Source of the DNA: an uncultured Elusimicrobia bacterium
Lineage (GTDB): Bacteria > Elusimicrobiota > Endomicrobiia > DTEH01
Length of the DNA stretch: 64,000 nucleotides
Reading direction: 5' to 3'
Assembly: GCA_964508565.1 (NCBI GenBank)
Contig: CAZDUB010000007.1
Coordinates: 25,681 to 89,680, forward strand
Shown: in pieces, positions 60,813-64,000 of the stretch
Position numbering within the stretch: position 1 is the first letter of the stretch
Layout: each line of letters opens with the position of its first letter
The notes under the pieces: model-generated
Seen by the model: only the letters and a program-made list of their open reading frames with translations
What the model was told of the DNA's origin: nothing
Databases searched by the model: none
Program-made: the position numbers and the translations under genes

Positions 60813-62099
60813 TTATTTCTTTTCCCATCTCAACAAGTTTTGTACTTTTGACAAAGAAGAACCTTCCTGGATCTCTGCTCTTATTCTATTTTCTTTTTCT
60901 AAAACATCCATTGCTCGGTTGACTGTTTCTTTCAATTTTTCTTTAGGAATTACTACAACTCCGTCGTCATCTCCAACAATCCAGTCACCTGGTAAAATTC
61001 TTATCCCTGAAACATTTATTGGTACATTTATTTCACCAAATCCTTTTGGTTCTCCAGCTTGCGGTGAAACAACTCTTGTAAAAGCAGGAAATTTTAAATT
61101 TTTTATCTCACATGTATCTCTTATAGCTCCCCATATTACAACACCTGCAAGTTTTTTTCCAATAGCTGAATATGTCGCAAGTTCGCCCCATACTGCTGGC
61201 GGAACTCCACCAGCATCTATTACAATAACATCCCCTTCTGTTGCTAAATCAATTGCTTCTACAGGCTTTGACCAATCCCCAGGGTAAGTTCTCACCGTAA
61301 CCGCAGGACCAACAAGTTTTACTCCTTCAATCAAAGGTTTAAGTTCATCAAGTGCTTTCCCACGGTGAAGTGCATCTGAAATATTGGCTGTAGATACTTT
61401 AAGTAAAACTTTTCTTATTTCTTCAACTGTAACAACTCTTTTATATAACTGTGTTTCTATCTTTGTTTTTGTAAGCATTGCTTGTTTTATTTGTTGTGTT
61501 GCTTCTTTTATATCTTTTGATTTTATTATAGCTCCGCCAACAACTATAATATCTACTCCTTTTTCAACTGCCTCCACTACATTTTCAGAATTTATCCCAC
61601 CTGCTATTGAAATAGGAATATCACAGATTTTTTTCACTTCCTCTATAAAGTTAAAATTTATGTTTCCTTTCATTTGTTCATCAATCGGAATATGAAGACC
61701 AATATAGTCAGGTTTATATTGTAGTACTTCTTTTATACGCTGCTGTAAATTTTTTACTTCTATCATATCAACTACAATCTCACAGCCGTAGTTTCTTGCA
61801 GCATCTATTGCTTCTTTAATAGTTTCATCGTCGGCAACTCCTAATATCCCAACAATATGTGCTCCGGCTTTTGCTGCCATCTCGACTTCTATTCTTCCAA
61901 CATCCATTGTTTTCATATCAGCTACTATTTTGATATGTGCAGGGATAACTTTTTTTATTTCAGTAATTGCTCTTACACCTTCTGATTTTATAAGTGGAGT
62001 ACCAACCTCAATTATGTCAGCTCCTCCCTCTACAGCTTCTTTTGCTGCTTTTATTGCTCTGTGTAAATCTATAAAGTCTAAAGCTACCTGAAGTTTCAT
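60813..62099 (-). CDS. Fusion of 3-hexulose-6-phosphate synthase-like (OMPdecase/HUMPS family) and RraA/HMG-aldolase-like domains
   Basis: 428 aa. The N-terminal half (MKLQVALD...IEVGTPLIK...ADMKTMD...GGAI) is HPS-like. The C-terminal half (ANISDAL...GDVIVID...WGELAT...GVVIWGAIRD...VVIP) is RraA-like. Confidence 0.8.
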   Translation of the reverse strand: MKLQVALDFIDLHRAIKAAKEAVEGGADIIEVGTPLIKSEGVRAITEIKKVIPAHIKIVADMKTMDVGRIEVEMAAKAGAHIVGILGVADDETIKEAIDAARNYGCEIVVDMIEVKNLQQRIKEVLQYKPDYIGLHIPIDEQMKGNINFNFIEEVKKICDIPISIAGGINSENVVEAVEKGVDIIVVGGAIIKSKDIKEATQQIKQAMLTKTKIETQLYKRVVTVEEIRKVLLKVSTANISDALHRGKALDELKPLIEGVKLVGPAVTVRTYPGDWSKPVEAIDLATEGDVIVIDAGGVPPAVWGELATYSAIGKKLAGVVIWGAIRDTCEIKNLKFPAFTRVVSPQAGEPKGFGEINVPINVSGIRILPGDWIVGDDDGVVVIPKEKLKETVNRAMDVLEKENRIRAEIQEGSSLSKVQNLLRWEKK

Positions 62100-62109
62100 A
62101 ATGTTTATT

Positions 62110-62775
62110 CTATTCTAACTTAATTGAATCTTCTAACTTATAATTGTTAATTTTTGTTCTGACAAGTTTGTTTACCACACCACCACAGCCAAGTTTTTCT
62201 CCAATATCTCTTGCTAACGCACGAATATAAGTACCTGAGCTACACAAAACTCTAATAAGAAGTTTTGGGAAATTATATTCTAATACTTCTATCTCATAAA
62301 TTTTTATTTTTTTTGGTTTAAGCAGATTTGTTGCTTCTTTTGGCTCTAATTTTTCGAATCTCACTAAATCACACAATCTTTCTCCTTTAAATTTTTTAGC
62401 CGAGTAGATAGGAGGAAGTTGTTCTTGTTCTCCTAAGAAAGATTCAACTGTTTTTTTGACTTCTTCAAAATAAGGTATCTGTTTTATATGAACTTCTGAG
62501 ACATTGCCTGTGGTGTCATATGTGTCAGAAGTTTTATCTAACAAAATTTCCGCTATGTATTCTTTTTTAGAATTAACAAGTATATCGTGAAGTTGTTTTG
62601 TGTACTCTCTTCCAATTGCAACAACTACTACTCCTTCTGCAAAAGGGTCAAGCGTGCCACCATGTCCTATTTTTATTTTTTTGTATCTAAGAATCTTTTT
62701 TATTTTCCTTATAATATCGTATGTAGTAATACCTGATGGCTTATAGATACAATATATCCCTTCTGTAAATAACAT
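62110..62775 (-). CDS. truB: tRNA pseudouridine(55) synthase, short form without a PUA domain
   Basis: 221 aa with KPSGITTYD, GHGGTLDPFAEG and GTYIRALARD motifs. Confidence 0.85.
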   Translation of the reverse strand: MLFTEGIYCIYKPSGITTYDIIRKIKKILRYKKIKIGHGGTLDPFAEGVVVVAIGREYTKQLHDILVNSKKEYIAEILLDKTSDTYDTTGNVSEVHIKQIPYFEEVKKTVESFLGEQEQLPPIYSAKKFKGERLCDLVRFEKLEPKEATNLLKPKKIKIYEIEVLEYNFPKLLIRVLCSSGTYIRALARDIGEKLGCGGVVNKLVRTKINNYKLEDSIKLE

Positions 62776-62902
62776 ATGTTTTTTATTAAATTTAAATTTG
62801 TGTTAAGTTTTATTTTTTAAAAATACAATCGATATTTACCGAAAACTACTTACAATCCGCAGAATATGAAGTTAAGAATATAGTTGTGTTTTTATCAACT
62901 TA

Positions 62903-62930
62903 ATTTATATAATTTTTTATTTTTTGTCAA
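62903..62930 (-). promoter_or_regulatory. Candidate promoter upstream of truB
   Basis: On the minus strand, TTGACA (62930-62925) is followed by TATAAA at a 15-nt spacing or TAAATT at 17 nt. Confidence 0.25.
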
Positions 62931-62941
62931 TAATAATATTT

Positions 62942-63580
62942 TTACCATATTTTGTCTACAGGAACAAAAATTTGTTGCAAAACTGAATTAAAATACAAAT
63001 GATAGCTTGAAAATTCGTATTTTTCAGGAGTACTTACAATTCCCTGTCTTACAGGATTATTATGCATATAATTCAATCTATTAATTATGTTGTTTCCATC
63101 TCTCATTACAGTCTCGTAATATTCTTCTTGCCAAACAGGTTTGTAGCCCCAACCACGAGAATCCTTTTTGTACACCCATTAAATCCACCGTTTTGGCCAA
63201 CCAGACAAACTTTGTAGACGGCGTTTAAGCGCCGACTATCAGAAATATTACCTGAAATATCTGAAATATCAGAGGTATTAGAAAGATGTAATGCTTGATT
63301 ATTTTTAGACCATTCGTTAAATTTCCTTGCAAAATTACCTTTTATACATCGCATTACTTCGGATAAGCCATATTTTTCAGAAAGCTGCAGTAACAAATGA
63401 ATATGGTCAGGCGTAACCCACATAAACCAAATATATGAAAACCAAGAATGTATTTATGATAAGCAATCACAATCAACATGAATTTTGCCATATTAGTATT
63501 TAAAAATATTTTATTCCTTTTAATGTAACCGTTGTAACATAATACACATATCCTTTTTCAAGATAGTGTTTTAACGACAT
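62942..63580 (-). pseudogene. Decayed IS200-like Y1 / REP-associated tyrosine transposase (RAYT-like)
   Basis: AGGAG plus ATG (63578-63580) gives MSLKHYLEKGYVYYVTTVT, then a TAA after 26 codons. Later pieces lie in different frames: AKFMLIVIAYHKYILGFHIFG, then VTPDHIHLLL...MRCIKGNFARKFN (HxH motif), then VWQEEYYETVMRD...YMHNNPVRQG (Tyr motif). That is at least two frameshifts, one stop, and extra internal sequence. Confidence 0.75.
63214..63233. repeat. REP-like GC-rich palindrome, copy A (inside the RAYT pseudogene)
   Basis: GTAGACGGCGTTTAAGCGCC. It matches the reverse complement of copy B at 19 of 20 positions. Confidence 0.7.
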
Positions 63581-63686
63581 ATTTTGTTTATCTCCTTTCC
63601 ATTTTTTTTAAATTATTATTAAATTGCAAATATTTATTGCAATATAATAATTTATTATTTTTATTCGTCAAAAAATATATTATTTA

Positions 63687-63706
63687 GGCGCTTAAGCGCC
63701 GTCTAC
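63687..63706. repeat. REP-like GC-rich palindrome, copy B (upstream of the RAYT pseudogene)
   Basis: GGCGCTTAAGCGCCGTCTAC. It contains the perfect 14-nt palindrome GGCGCTTAAGCGCC and is inverted relative to copy A. Confidence 0.7.
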
Positions 63707-63790
63707 CGGGTTACTAATAGGTCAGCAAATCACAAGTTTTTTACCGTGTTTATATAGGTTTCTAAATTTTATAAAGGTACAAAAAATTTT

Positions 63791-64000
63791 TTATGGTGGG
63801 GGTCCTATGGTGTTATTTTCTTTAGCCCAGAACTGTACTGGAATTGTTTGTTGGTCTGTTGTAGATGTTGCTAATGGGGTCATTATTCTAAACCAGAATT
63901 TGCGCTGGTCTATTGTCTCTTCGTCTTCGTTTGCTCCTGGTTTTGTTTCATCAAACGGTATTACTCTTACTCCTTTAGAATCTTCTGGTTGGTTTGAAGT
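63791..64000 (-). CDS. 3' end of an unidentified ORF running in from beyond the window
   Basis: Own translation: 69 stop-free codons (...GVRVIPFDETKPGANEDEETIDQRKFWFRIMTPLATSTTDQQTIPVQFWAKENNTIGPPP) ending at TAA 63791-63793. By hand count this stretch is 84/210 G+C (40%). No family recognised. Confidence 0.45.
   Translation of the reverse strand, partial: TSNQPEDSKGVRVIPFDETKPGANEDEETIDQRKFWFRIMTPLATSTTDQQTIPVQFWAKENNTIGPPP

Noticed and set aside
63687-63706. REP copy B as the intrinsic terminator of the edge ORF
   Set aside because: On the minus strand the 5-bp GC stem with a TTAA loop is followed by TAAATAATATA before the T-run, so the U-tract is not adjacent. The inverted second copy argues for a repeat-element identity, though some terminator activity cannot be excluded.

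Overview
AT-rich window (I estimate about 30% GC, not computed) from a diderm bacterium. It carries BamA, Skp, LpxC, FabZ-LpxA, LpxI, LpxB, MsbA and LolCDE. All genes but three lie on the minus strand, mostly in long, tightly packed or overlapping operons.

Gene order from left to right:
- A secreted multidomain GH9 cellulase. It runs off the left edge and is absent from the ORF track.
- Two overlapping membrane GGDEF cyclases.
- A CUT1 sugar-uptake operon with a GH94 phosphorylase and an embedded membrane GT2.
- tRNA-Arg(CCG).
- alaS-rlmB-cysS-ispF-ispD-yacL-like in a Firmicutes-like order, then a HAD hydrolase.
- glnA plus an NfnA-like flavoprotein on the plus strand.
- purN-purM-purD and a radical SAM gene.
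- yajC-HD-secD-secF-hypothetical-acyltransferase.
- A frameshifted nitroreductase on the plus strand.
- Crp/DUF502/small OMP/phosphoesterase.
- The outer-membrane/lipid A cluster.
- tRNA(CAU), a processive GT2 synthase, and tmRNA. A track ORF wrongly overlaps the tmRNA.
- tadA, lolDC, lysS, ahcY, metK.
- An EPS-priming gene pair.
- yraN-rnhB-rplS-trmD-rimM-KH-rpsP.
- An uncharacterised operon: nitroreductase, MetE-like, MBL, HPS-RraA fusion.
- truB.
- A decayed REP-associated tyrosine transposase (RAYT-like) with two GC-rich REP-like palindromes.
- A partial, GC-richer ORF at the right edge.

I found no rRNA, CRISPR array, integrase, prophage or recognisable defence system.

Items most worth a second look:
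- The HPS-RraA/MBL/MetE-like/nitroreductase operon.
- The GT2 inside the GH94 uptake operon.
- The RAYT/REP locus.
- The FabZ-LpxA fusion.
- Four disrupted reading frames: GH9, a small membrane ORF, the nitroreductase and the RAYT.

All family calls come from reading motifs by eye. No database search was run.
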